Below are positions 9,685 through 19,147 of a stretch of 64,000 nucleotides of DNA, in pieces. A program made the translations under genes and the position numbers. The notes below the pieces were generated by a model that saw nothing but the letters and a program-made list of their open reading frames with translations, searched no databases and was not told the DNA's origin. The number at the start of each line of letters is the position of its first letter. The stretch's first letter is position 1. This stretch comes from Candidatus Latescibacterota bacterium (GTDB taxonomy: Bacteria; Latescibacterota; UBA2968; UBA8231), in contig OZ244561.1 of NCBI GenBank assembly GCA_965217585.1, positions 6,944,001 through 7,008,000 of the forward strand. Reading direction: 5' to 3'.

Positions 9685-11901
9685 ATGAATGTCCACCTAG
9701 TGAAAGTACGCCTCTGCACGGTCGCCGCTTCTACAGTCCTAGCGGCCTGCAATATCTCGTCCCCCCCACCGCAGCAAGGGCCCGGCACCAAGCGCATGGC
9801 CGCCCGCCTCGAAGAAATCGCCCGCAAGCTCAATCCCGCTACAAACACCTACATCAATGATGCAAGAGTCGAGTACTTGCGCCAACTCGACCTGCCCGCC
9901 GATCCGGTCGACAGACTGCGCCTACAGGTGCATCTGGCGCGCGAATTCCTGCGCGCCGGCCACAGCCAAGAGGCCATCGACCGCTTTTTGAGCCTAAAAC
10001 AACAACTCGGTGCGACTAAGACCAAACCCAGCGTACACAAACTCCTCGCCCTATCCTATCTCCGTTTAGGTGAACAAGAGAACTGCCTCCAACAGCACAC
10101 CAGCGAATCGTGTCTCTTTCCCATCAGCCAAGCCGGGGTACACGACAATCAGCGGGGGGCGCGGGCCGCGCTTGGAGAATTCACCGCCATCCTACGGGAC
10201 GATCCCGGCGAAATGACGGGCCGCTGGCTCCTCAATATCGCGTACATGGTCCTCGGTGAATATCCCGACTCCGTGCCGCCGCAATGGCTCATTCCGCCAA
10301 CGGCCTTTGTCTCCGATGGCGACATCGGGCGCTTTGGCGATGTCGCCCCGCAGCTAGGAATGGACGTGGTGTCTCTGGCGGGAGGCAGCATCGCCGAGGA
10401 CTTTGACCGCGACGGCGATCTGGATATCATGGCCTCATCCTGGGGTCTCCGCGATCAGCTCCGCTACTTTCGCAACCGGGGCGACGGCACCTTTGACGAT
10501 GTCACCGCAGAGGCCGGCTTGAACGGTGTAGTCGGCGGGCTGCAAATCGTCCACGCCGACTATGACAACAACGGCTTTGCCGATGTGCTCGTCCTGCGCG
10601 GGGCTTGGTGGGAAGAAGACGGCCGGCACCCCAATTCGCTGCTGCACAACTACGGCGACAGCTTTTTTGACGATGTCACCGAAGAGGCCGGCTTGCTCGC
10701 CTTTTATCCCACCCAGACGGCTGCCTGGGGCGACTACGACAACGACGGCTGGGTCGATCTCTTCATTGGCAACGAATCTTTCCGCCATAACATCCACCCC
10801 TGCCAGCTCTTTCACAACCAGGGCGACGGCACGTTTACCGATGTGGCGCAAGAAGCAGGCGTTGCGGTCTCGGGCTACGTCAAGGGCGTTGTCTGGGGCG
10901 ACTACGACAACGACGGCCGGCTCGATCTGTACATTTCGCGGCTCACCGCTCCCAATCTTCTCTTCAGGAACGAGGGCGAAAATACATCCGGCCAGTGGAC
11001 CTTTGCCGACGCCACCGCCCAGGCCGGAGTAGCCGAACCCGTCTGGAGCTTTCCGGCTTGGTTCTGGGACTACAACAACGATGGCTGGCTCGACCTATTC
11101 GTCTCCGGGTATCACGCCAATGCCGGTGATCTAGCGGCCGAATACCTCGGTCTGCCTCACGATGCCGAGTTCCCCCGCCTGTACCGCAACCAAGGCGACG
11201 GCACGTTCGCCGATGTGACCCTCCAAGTCGGGCTCGACAAGGTACTCTACACTATGGGGTGCAATTTCGGCGATCTCGACAACGACGGCTGGCCCGACTT
11301 TTACGCGGGTACGGGTTCGCCTTCGTTCCGCTCGGTCATGCCCAATCGCATGTTCCGCAACGCCGGGGGCCAATTATTCCAGGACGTCACCACCTCGGGC
11401 GGGTTTGGGCATCTGCAGAAAGGCCACGGCGTGTCCTTTGGCGATCTCGACAACGACGGCGACCAAGACATCTACGCGGTCATAGGGGGCTCCTATACTG
11501 GGGATCTGTCCCACAATGTCCTCTTTGAGAATCCCGGACACGGCAACCACTGGCTCACCCTCCAGTTGCAAGGGGTGCGTTCCAACCGCGCCGCTATTGG
11601 GGCCCGCATCCGAGTCGGGGTGCACACCAAAAGCGGCCGTCGCGACATCTATGCCACGGTGACGGCCGGGGCCAGTTTTGGCGGTTCGAGCCTACAGCAG
11701 GAAATTGGTCTGGGCCAGGCGACGGCCATCGAGTCAGTCGCAGTCTCCTGGCCGGCTTCTGCTGAGACGCAACTTTTCACCAACTTGGCCATAGATCGGG
11801 TCTATAAAATCCGCGAAGGAGATCCGGTTCCAACGCCCGTCGAACTGCAAGCCTTTGACTTGTCGCCCCCTGGCCGAACCGGGCGCGATCACCATCCTTA
11901 A
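9685..11901 (+). CDS. CRTAC1-family FG-GAP repeat lipoprotein with N-terminal TPR-like region and ASPIC/UnbV domain
   Basis: Lipobox-like VLAAC, helical N-region (LALSYLRLGEQENC), WGDYDNDG repeats, GFGHLQKGHG and C-terminal SNRAAIGAR..QEIGLG. Confidence 0.8.
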   Translation: MNVHLVKVRLCTVAASTVLAACNISSPPPQQGPGTKRMAARLEEIARKLNPATNTYINDARVEYLRQLDLPADPVDRLRLQVHLAREFLRAGHSQEAIDRFLSLKQQLGATKTKPSVHKLLALSYLRLGEQENCLQQHTSESCLFPISQAGVHDNQRGARAALGEFTAILRDDPGEMTGRWLLNIAYMVLGEYPDSVPPQWLIPPTAFVSDGDIGRFGDVAPQLGMDVVSLAGGSIAEDFDRDGDLDIMASSWGLRDQLRYFRNRGDGTFDDVTAEAGLNGVVGGLQIVHADYDNNGFADVLVLRGAWWEEDGRHPNSLLHNYGDSFFDDVTEEAGLLAFYPTQTAAWGDYDNDGWVDLFIGNESFRHNIHPCQLFHNQGDGTFTDVAQEAGVAVSGYVKGVVWGDYDNDGRLDLYISRLTAPNLLFRNEGENTSGQWTFADATAQAGVAEPVWSFPAWFWDYNNDGWLDLFVSGYHANAGDLAAEYLGLPHDAEFPRLYRNQGDGTFADVTLQVGLDKVLYTMGCNFGDLDNDGWPDFYAGTGSPSFRSVMPNRMFRNAGGQLFQDVTTSGGFGHLQKGHGVSFGDLDNDGDQDIYAVIGGSYTGDLSHNVLFENPGHGNHWLTLQLQGVRSNRAAIGARIRVGVHTKSGRRDIYATVTAGASFGGSSLQQEIGLGQATAIESVAVSWPASAETQLFTNLAIDRVYKIREGDPVPTPVELQAFDLSPPGRTGRDHHP

Positions 11902-11921
11902 AGAGGAGGACAGATATTCTC

Positions 11922-13001
11922 ATGCGCATCACCCGTGTCGAAACCCTAGTCGTGAGGCTACCCGTGGACCCGGCGGGAAAAGGAGGAATCGGGGAGTGGC
12001 CCATCGTCCTCATCCACACCGATCAGGGTCTGCAGGGCCTTGGCCGCGGCGGCGATCCACGGGTGATCGCCCGCGATCTGGGGCCCCTGCTCATAGGGCG
12101 AGATCCGCTCAGTATTGCCCAGCTCTGGGAACAGATGTACGAAGCCGTGTGGCGTGGACCGGGCCGGTCGGCGATGTCCTCCATCGGGGCCCTAGACGTG
12201 GCCTTGTGGGATTTGTGCGGCAAGATCTGCGGACAGCCAGTGTGGCGGCTCTTGGGCGGGTACCGGGACAAGATTCCGGTGTACGCGGACGGAGCCGGGT
12301 ATCGAAATGCGCCGGATCAGTCCCCACAGGGCATAGCAACACAGGTCAAAAAATTCGTCGCCCTGGGCTATGACGCCGTCAAAATCCACATGTACCAGGC
12401 TGCCAATCCCGCGGAAGTAGTAGCGCGAGTGCAGCGTTCACGCGAGTTGATTGGTCCGCGCAAGAAACTGATGATCGACGTGCACCACGCCTGGGACGGA
12501 GACGAGGCCGTGGCGACCGCCCGTCAGCTCGAAGACTACCAACTCTACTGGATTGAGGAACCAGTGCGCCAAGACGATGAGCTGTACTATATGCGCAAAG
12601 TCCAGGAGGTCACCACGGCCTTGGTGGTCGGCGGCGAGGGCGAGGGCACCCTCCACGGTATCAGGCGCTTGCTCGAAGAAGAAGCCCTCGAGGTGGTGCA
12701 GACCGATATCCTGGCCGGCGGCGGCTATACCGGGCTCAAGCGGATCGCCGCTCTGGCCCAGGCTTTTGATGTCCCCATATCCCCGCACGGGGCGCAGTAC
12801 CCGGACATCAACTGCCACCTGATGGCGGCCGTGCCCAACAGTTTGATCATGTCCGCCTGTCCCGAAAGCGAGAGCTACCAGATCTGGTCCCGTATGTACA
12901 ATCCCCCGCTCAAAGTCGAGAACGGGCACATCGCCATGCGCGAACAGCCCGGCCTGGGCTTGGAACTAGATTGGGAGTTTGTCGAGCGTCACCGGGTCTG
13001 A
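11922..13001 (+). CDS. Mandelate racemase/muconate lactonizing enzyme family (enolase superfamily)
   Basis: RBS GAGGAGG. Motifs are LDVALWDLCGK..PVWRLLGG, metal ligands in MIDV, IEEP and GGE, and C-terminal PGLGLELD. Confidence 0.9.
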   Translation: MRITRVETLVVRLPVDPAGKGGIGEWPIVLIHTDQGLQGLGRGGDPRVIARDLGPLLIGRDPLSIAQLWEQMYEAVWRGPGRSAMSSIGALDVALWDLCGKICGQPVWRLLGGYRDKIPVYADGAGYRNAPDQSPQGIATQVKKFVALGYDAVKIHMYQAANPAEVVARVQRSRELIGPRKKLMIDVHHAWDGDEAVATARQLEDYQLYWIEEPVRQDDELYYMRKVQEVTTALVVGGEGEGTLHGIRRLLEEEALEVVQTDILAGGGYTGLKRIAALAQAFDVPISPHGAQYPDINCHLMAAVPNSLIMSACPESESYQIWSRMYNPPLKVENGHIAMREQPGLGLELDWEFVERHRV

Positions 13002-13006
13002 TCGCC

Positions 13007-13095
13007 GTCCGGTCCCAAAACGGCCTTCACCAGCTCCAGTTCCCCCCCGCCAGTCCTATTGGACGCTCCGGCGTTCATCGCGCTTGGCCCCGGCG
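13007..13095 (-). pseudogene. Degenerate remnant of the 3' end of an aldo/keto reductase gene
   Basis: Aligns by eye with 61511-61618. Shared blocks are AAAACGGCCTTCACC, CCCCGCCAGTCCTATT, GGACGCTCCGGCGTTCAT and GCTTGGCCCCGGCG, separated by small deletions. Confidence 0.75.
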
Positions 13096-13098
13096 CTT

Positions 13099-14247
13099 TC
13101 ACGAGTCTTTTTCCCTTGGGACTTGGGAGGTCATCACCGATGTGAGGAATTGGTTGTAGCGCTTGGTGCCGAAAACCTCCTTCCTGTTGCGCCAGCGGAA
13201 GGGCAGGGGTACGATCTTGAGGCTGCGGTCCTCAAGGGGCAGCTTTACGGGTGCGTGGCTCTGCCGGTGTGAATCCCGCAGGGCAATGGAAATCTCTAAA
13301 GCCCGGGCCATGTCCGCGCCACTGCATCGAGGTTCCACTCCCTTCTCCAGACAGTCGATTAGGGCCTGAGTGCTGGCGATTTGCCGATTCCCCGGGTACT
13401 GCCACCCCTCCTCGTCGTAGGGCATGTCGTTGAGGCCGGAGTCGGCAAAAGCCCCCTCGATTTTCTCCAGATCCGCCCATAGCGGCGATTCCGGATTCCC
13501 CTTCAATTTCCACAGGTGGAAACTGTGGTAGTCGCTGAAGAACAGGACGCGGCTGGTCAAAATCTCAATGCCCCGCCTGCAGGTGGGGCGAATGTGTGCG
13601 AAACACTCGATACCGCTGGCAAAGCGGATATGCCCTCCCATGGCTTGGTCTTCGTCGCTAAAGGGATCTTCCTTGACCCAGCCGACCACCCAATCGACCT
13701 CGGCGTCGCCGGCGAACAGGCTGGCGACACACAGATCCTGGCAGTTGGCACCCCAGATCTCGCCCCTAGTATCCGCGGCCGTAGGCATGTAGATATTGAT
13801 ACTCTGCACCGAGCCCCACTCGCCGGATTCGATTTTTGCCCGGGCCTCCCAGAACTGTGGGAGGTTGCGCATGGCGTCAGCAGCGGCCCACGGAATGCCC
13901 CGCGAGCGCGTCTCTTCCACCATGCGGTCGGCCTCTTCCAAGCTAGCGCAGATGGGTTTCTCGCAGTAGATGGCCCTGACTCCCGCCCGCGCTGCAGCCA
14001 CCACTGCGTCCGGGTTGGGTCGTGCGGGCAGGATGGGCGCGGCAATGTCGATCTGTTCTCTGGCAAGCATCTCGTCGTACCTGCTGTAGCCCCTATCGAT
14101 TTTGAAGCGCCGGCAAAAAAGCTCCAGATTTTCGGGATCTGGATCGGCCACAGCCACGATCTCGGTCCGGGGATTGAGGGCGTAGGCGCGCGCGTGTTGG
14201 GTGCCTTTTATGCCCGTGCCGATCATGCCTACTTTGTACTTGGTCAT
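13099..14247 (-). CDS. Gfo/Idh/MocA family NAD(P)-dependent oxidoreductase
   Basis: KVGMIGTG Rossmann start, IYCEKP, and GAGGAG upstream. Confidence 0.88.
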   Translation of the reverse strand: MTKYKVGMIGTGIKGTQHARAYALNPRTEIVAVADPDPENLELFCRRFKIDRGYSRYDEMLAREQIDIAAPILPARPNPDAVVAAARAGVRAIYCEKPICASLEEADRMVEETRSRGIPWAAADAMRNLPQFWEARAKIESGEWGSVQSINIYMPTAADTRGEIWGANCQDLCVASLFAGDAEVDWVVGWVKEDPFSDEDQAMGGHIRFASGIECFAHIRPTCRRGIEILTSRVLFFSDYHSFHLWKLKGNPESPLWADLEKIEGAFADSGLNDMPYDEEGWQYPGNRQIASTQALIDCLEKGVEPRCSGADMARALEISIALRDSHRQSHAPVKLPLEDRSLKIVPLPFRWRNRKEVFGTKRYNQFLTSVMTSQVPREKDS

Positions 14248-14358
14248 GCTCGCATGCTCCTCGTAACAACTGCCGATACAAACGCCATCATTCCGCCGTT
14301 ACGGGGTCGGCGGATCGCCTGCTTGTACTCACTTTTTTCAGCAGATAACTGGTATCAA

Positions 14359-15900
14359 TCAAGCCAGTCCCGTCGGATAGGGACCGTACTCCACGGTGAT
14401 TTCCATCTCTTGGACGATCACTCCGCCGCTCAGTTCGTCGGGCCTTTTTTCTAAGACGATCTCCAGCAGGTTCTGGCCTTTGATGGGACGGACCTTTTCC
14501 AGGTGGAATTCCAAGGTATAGGCGCTCGCCGGCCCTATACCGCGGCTGAAGTCGCGCAGGCATACTTCGCCTGCTAGCGCGTCTCCGTTGAGAAAAATCC
14601 CGAGCTGATCGCCACTGACCAAGTTAGAGAAGCTGATCCACAGCCGCACCCGGCGGATGCGCTCGGCCGCACCGGCTATATCGTCCGCTATGTAGAAGGG
14701 AATGGCATGGCGTCTTTCAGGGTCTGCAGCCTCAATCTCAAGCGGCAGGTTGGCATCGTAGCCCAGCTCGGTGGCCGCCTGATTGCGGATGCGCAGGACA
14801 TAGCGTTTATCGCCTTCCTCGATGAGATCTGGATCCCCCAATTCGGTCAGCATCCGGCGCTCGGTGTCTTCGAGGGGCCAGTGCATGAACCAGGTGTAGA
14901 GGCCGTCCACCCCCCTGGCCCAGAAGTTGGCTGCTGTTGCCCGCAAAATTTCGGGGTCGGCGTACCAGCGCTGAGACGAGCCGGTGTACTCGTCCCGCAC
15001 ATAAGGTTGGAGCATACCGTACACCGACGCATCCGCCTCGTGGGCCGCCTGCACGATCCAGTCGATTGGCATGTCCGGATCCAGCACCATCACCGGGTAG
15101 AAGAGCGGCACGACAAAGTCCACCAGCCCCTGTTGCAGCCAAGTGCGCACGTCCAGCCCGGCCCGGAGGCACATCTCCTCGGTGGGCAGGATGCGCACCC
15201 CGACGGGTATGGAGCCGCCCGGCCGCTGCCGCACCATGCGGGAGATTTCGGCCACGTATCTGGTCATGGTCGAAACGTGCTTTGCCGCTTCGTCGGGATT
15301 GAAGTAGAAACAGGTAAAGGCAAAGTCGAGTTCGATCCCGTCCACCTCGTATCGGGTAGCCAGCTCCTCGAGCACAGCAAACTGGTGATCGCGCACTTCC
15401 TCGTGGGCGAAATCGGCCCGCAGGGTGCTGGCCAGCAACGCCCGTTTGTCCTGGTTCCACGAAGCGGGGGGCTGCGTCTGGTAGGCCTGGTCCATGCCCC
15501 CGTAGCCCGACATGCGCAGACTGGCGAAAAAATCCAGCCTCTTGTCGTGGGCTCGGTCGATGAGAACTTGCAGCGGATCGAGGCCGCGCTGGATTAGGCT
15601 CTGCATACTCTGCCAAGCACGCCATTCGTAAGCCATGTGAAAGGGGCGCTTATCCGCCCCGAACATCAGGCCGACCCTAGAGGGGTAGAACAGCCCATCC
15701 CCGCGCTCGACTCCGTAGCTGAAGGTGTCGATGGAGGTCCCCGCGATTTCGTCGATGGGACGCCAGGCGTCTCTCAGGTGTATGGGCGGCTCAAAGACCC
15801 ACAGGTAGTAGTGCCGTGCGTCGTTGTAGTAGATGGTCCGTCGTCGTCTCAAACTGCGTCCTGTTTGATCGTCTTTGCACGGCAATGTAAGTTTTCTCAT
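14359..15900 (-). CDS. Glycoside hydrolase-like TIM-barrel protein (GHL10/DUF187-like)
   Basis: IYYND, YPSRVG, FFASLRM, DFAHEEVRD, YEVDGIELDF and GVDGLY motifs, followed by a C-terminal beta-sandwich. Confidence 0.65.
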   Translation of the reverse strand: MRKLTLPCKDDQTGRSLRRRRTIYYNDARHYYLWVFEPPIHLRDAWRPIDEIAGTSIDTFSYGVERGDGLFYPSRVGLMFGADKRPFHMAYEWRAWQSMQSLIQRGLDPLQVLIDRAHDKRLDFFASLRMSGYGGMDQAYQTQPPASWNQDKRALLASTLRADFAHEEVRDHQFAVLEELATRYEVDGIELDFAFTCFYFNPDEAAKHVSTMTRYVAEISRMVRQRPGGSIPVGVRILPTEEMCLRAGLDVRTWLQQGLVDFVVPLFYPVMVLDPDMPIDWIVQAAHEADASVYGMLQPYVRDEYTGSSQRWYADPEILRATAANFWARGVDGLYTWFMHWPLEDTERRMLTELGDPDLIEEGDKRYVLRIRNQAATELGYDANLPLEIEAADPERRHAIPFYIADDIAGAAERIRRVRLWISFSNLVSGDQLGIFLNGDALAGEVCLRDFSRGIGPASAYTLEFHLEKVRPIKGQNLLEIVLEKRPDELSGGVIVQEMEITVEYGPYPTGLA

Positions 15901-15950
15901 AGCTTAATTTGGGCCACCGGTCCGAGCAAGCCAGCGGAGGTTATAACTTT

Positions 15951-17102
15951 ATGAGTAAATCCAAGGAAGCCAAGTACCGGGTGGGGGTCATAGGGTGCGG
16001 CAGAAAAGGCACGGAGTACGCGCGGGCTTACCACCTCCATCCCCTGACTGAAGTCGTGGCGGCGGCCGATTCGGACCCCGAAAATCTGGAGCTTTTTTGC
16101 CGGCGCTTCAACCTAGAAAAAGGCTATAATAACTACCGAGAAATACTCCGGCGGGAAAAGATCGATATCGCCTCGGTGATCCTCCCAGTCAAACCCAACC
16201 CCGAGGTGGTTTTGGACTGTGCTCAAGCAGGAGTGCGGGCCATAGGTTGCGAAAAACCCATCGCAGCCAGTCTGGCAGAGGCCGACCGCATGGTGGAGGT
16301 CTGCCGCGACCGGGGCGTCAAGTTCGCCTGCGGCGACCTAGAGCGCAACTTTCCGCAGTACTGGAAGGCCAAGGAGATCATCGACTCAGGCGAACTAGGG
16401 GCGGTGCAGGGCATCACCGTCACCCAGGGGAGCGGCACCCAGATGTCGGGCGGGGGTTGCCAGATTTTCAGCCTGATCCGGCTCTTCGCCAGCGATGCGG
16501 AGGTGGCTTGGGGGACGGGCTGGGTCGCCAGCGATCCCATGAGCGACTACGACCAGGGGGTGGCCGGCTATATCCGCTTTGCCAACGGGATCGAGGCCTT
16601 CATACACCGCCAAAACAATGCCAAACACGGTTTCGAGGTGCTGTGTAGTCGGGGAGTGTTCTTCAGCGACGGGGCCTTTCCGCACATGTGGAAGACCAAA
16701 GAGGGTGTGGAAAGGCCGATGTGGTCCAACCTCGAAAAGATGGAGGGACTCTTCTCCGCGACCCAAGCCCTGCACGAGGGGTTTGGAAAAATGGATGAGG
16801 AGGGCTGGGAGTACGGAGGGCCCCGGCAACACGCCACAATCCAGTCCATGGTGGATGCGCTCGAGATGGATATCGAGCCCAGAAGCAACGGCGACAACGG
16901 CCGCAAGGTGCTGGAGATGGCCATTGCCCTGCGCGAGTCACACCGCCGCGGCCATGCGCCGGTGCAGTTGCCGCTCGTGGACCGCAGCTCGAGGATTATT
17001 CCCCTACCAGGGCGCTGGCTCAACAAGAAAGAGGTGTACGGCCGGGAGTGGTACGCAAAGCAGATCGGTCGCTACAACAAACAGAAGCTCGGGAAGCCTT
17101 GA
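15951..17102 (+). CDS. Gfo/Idh/MocA family oxidoreductase (paralog of 13099-14247)
   Basis: RVGVIGCG and GCEKP motifs. GGAGG lies upstream of ATG 15951, and the C-terminal tail is shared with the paralog. Confidence 0.88.
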   Translation: MSKSKEAKYRVGVIGCGRKGTEYARAYHLHPLTEVVAAADSDPENLELFCRRFNLEKGYNNYREILRREKIDIASVILPVKPNPEVVLDCAQAGVRAIGCEKPIAASLAEADRMVEVCRDRGVKFACGDLERNFPQYWKAKEIIDSGELGAVQGITVTQGSGTQMSGGGCQIFSLIRLFASDAEVAWGTGWVASDPMSDYDQGVAGYIRFANGIEAFIHRQNNAKHGFEVLCSRGVFFSDGAFPHMWKTKEGVERPMWSNLEKMEGLFSATQALHEGFGKMDEEGWEYGGPRQHATIQSMVDALEMDIEPRSNGDNGRKVLEMAIALRESHRRGHAPVQLPLVDRSSRIIPLPGRWLNKKEVYGREWYAKQIGRYNKQKLGKP

Positions 17103-17330
17103 TTGGCGATCTGTCTGAATTGTGATCAGGCCTCAATTGAATAGCATGTCCGAGAGATACGAGCACCACATACAGATCTCCTTGAGAAAGGATTGCATTT
17201 TTTGTATTTATTTTAAATGCTGATCTCGGTCTCCAACGGGTCTATCGCGCAGACATACGCAGTACAATCCCCTTCTGGCCGCCACCAATTTCTCCAAGTA
17301 CTGAGGATTGCGAGATCGACAAAGGGGCTT

Positions 17331-18971
17331 ATGAAAATACTTTTACTTTATCTGGGAACTCAGATCCTCCTGAGTTTGCAGTTTGCCGGCTGCGGTGAGA
17401 AAGAACCCATCGTCGCCCGGATCGGCGACGCCGATCTCGCAGTGGCGGATTTCAAACGCTTTGTGGGCAACCTGCCGCCCGAACTGCGGAGCGAGAAACA
17501 GGGCCGTGAAGCCGACCTCGACTATCTCAATTCCATGGTGGACCAGGAGTTGCTGCTGATGGAGGCCCGGGCCCGAGGGATAGATACCAGCGCCGCGATT
17601 GCGACCCAACTCCAAGATCTGATTCGGCTGCAGTTGGCTGGCCGCTACAGGGCCCAAGTTATTGACACGCGCATTAAAATCGCCTCGGAGGATATCCAAC
17701 GCGCTTTTGTGGATATGGGTTTTAACCGGGAGCGGCTGTACAGCCGCATTTTACTGTACACCCGTGAAGAGGTCGACGAGGTGATGCAGCAGCTTGGCCA
17801 TGGCAGGACCTTCGAGGAAATGGCGCGCCGTTTTGCCGACCATGATGCCTTTGCCCGGGAGGACGGCACCATGGACTGGATCGGTCGCACCCAGGCCGAG
17901 CGCTTCGGCATCTCTAAGCAGGATTTCTTTTCGCTGGCCGTAGGACAGGTTGCCGAGCCCCTGCGCATGCCTGGTTTCTGGCAGATTTACCGCTTTTTGG
18001 ACGACCGGGAAGCCAAAATAGAAAAATACCAGCAAGAGATCGGCAAGAAACTCTACAGGGAACAGCAGAGGATCCGGACTCAGGCAGAGTTTGAGGTTCT
18101 GAGTCGCAAGTACGGATTGCGCCTTCACCCAGAGGGAGTTCGCCTGCTGGTGCGGCGGAGTGCGCAGAAAAACCTCGACCTGACACCCGCAGAGGCAGCT
18201 CGGCCTCTGTACAGCTTCGCAGGCGGCAAAATGACCCTAGGGGCCTACCTGAACCAACTGCGCTCCAAGGGGTTTCGAGGGGGACTGATGGATAGCGTCC
18301 AAGTGGTCAAGTCGGCAAAAATTTCCGCGCTGCACCCCTCGCTCTTTGCCCGGGCCGGACGCGAGCGGGGATGGGGCGAGGAGCCCGCCTTCGTCGAGTG
18401 GCGCAAGCGCAAGAACAAAGAACTGATCCTGAAGGCCCTGATGAAAGCAGAGACGACCACTCGCATGGATCTCAATGAAACCGTACTCAGGGATTTCTAC
18501 GAGGCGGACCCGGGGCGCTTCCGCGATGCGGCAGAAGTTACTGTGCGGGAAATCTGGGTCCATGCAGAGGAAGAAGCCAGAGGATTGCGGGCGGAAATCG
18601 AACGGGGTGCCGACATAGCTGAGCTACTGCACCGGCCTGGCGTGCACTCCCACGGCAGCCTGCGCCGGGGAGGCGAACTAGTCCTCCGGCACCTGCTTAG
18701 ACCGGCCTATCCGGCACTGGTGGACACCGCGTTTGCGGCCCAAGAGGGCGACTTGGTAGGCCCCGTGGCCCTAGAAGAGATGGAAGCCTTTGCGATTTTT
18801 CGGGTCCTCGAGCGCAAAGACAGTCGCATCAGGACCTTTGAGGAGGCCCAAAAACAAGTGCGGGCCCGGGTGCGGGCCGAACAGGAACGCGAACTAAGCA
18901 CCGATTTTCTGAAGCGCCTGCAGGAGAAATACAGGGATCGAATCGAATTGTTCGTAGAGCGGCTTGAGTAA
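17331..18971 (+). CDS. Parvulin-type peptidyl-prolyl isomerase/chaperone lipoprotein (SurA/PrsA-like, two rotamase-like domains)
   Basis: Lipobox FAGC, IVARIG, LLLMEARARGID, FEEMARRF, VAEP, GDLVGPV and RTFEEA. Confidence 0.72.
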   Translation: MKILLLYLGTQILLSLQFAGCGEKEPIVARIGDADLAVADFKRFVGNLPPELRSEKQGREADLDYLNSMVDQELLLMEARARGIDTSAAIATQLQDLIRLQLAGRYRAQVIDTRIKIASEDIQRAFVDMGFNRERLYSRILLYTREEVDEVMQQLGHGRTFEEMARRFADHDAFAREDGTMDWIGRTQAERFGISKQDFFSLAVGQVAEPLRMPGFWQIYRFLDDREAKIEKYQQEIGKKLYREQQRIRTQAEFEVLSRKYGLRLHPEGVRLLVRRSAQKNLDLTPAEAARPLYSFAGGKMTLGAYLNQLRSKGFRGGLMDSVQVVKSAKISALHPSLFARAGRERGWGEEPAFVEWRKRKNKELILKALMKAETTTRMDLNETVLRDFYEADPGRFRDAAEVTVREIWVHAEEEARGLRAEIERGADIAELLHRPGVHSHGSLRRGGELVLRHLLRPAYPALVDTAFAAQEGDLVGPVALEEMEAFAIFRVLERKDSRIRTFEEAQKQVRARVRAEQERELSTDFLKRLQEKYRDRIELFVERLE

Positions 18972-19147
18972 TCTGGTCGAGATTCTTGCAGCTCGTGGAA
19001 TAATCCTATAATTGGGGACGCGCTAGCGGTCGACCACCGTCCATTCTGAGGCTGCACCCAAGGACCGCCGGGACTACTAGCTCTTCAAACCGGCGGTAAA
19101 CTCTTCGGTATAGGAATGTTTCTTGGGCTGGAAAAGGGGGTTTGTAG

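Noticed and set aside
19020-19147. Possible riboswitch in the A1 leader
   Set aside because: Only one 8-bp stem (ACCGCCGG/CCGGCGGT) is visible and no known aptamer consensus is recognisable.
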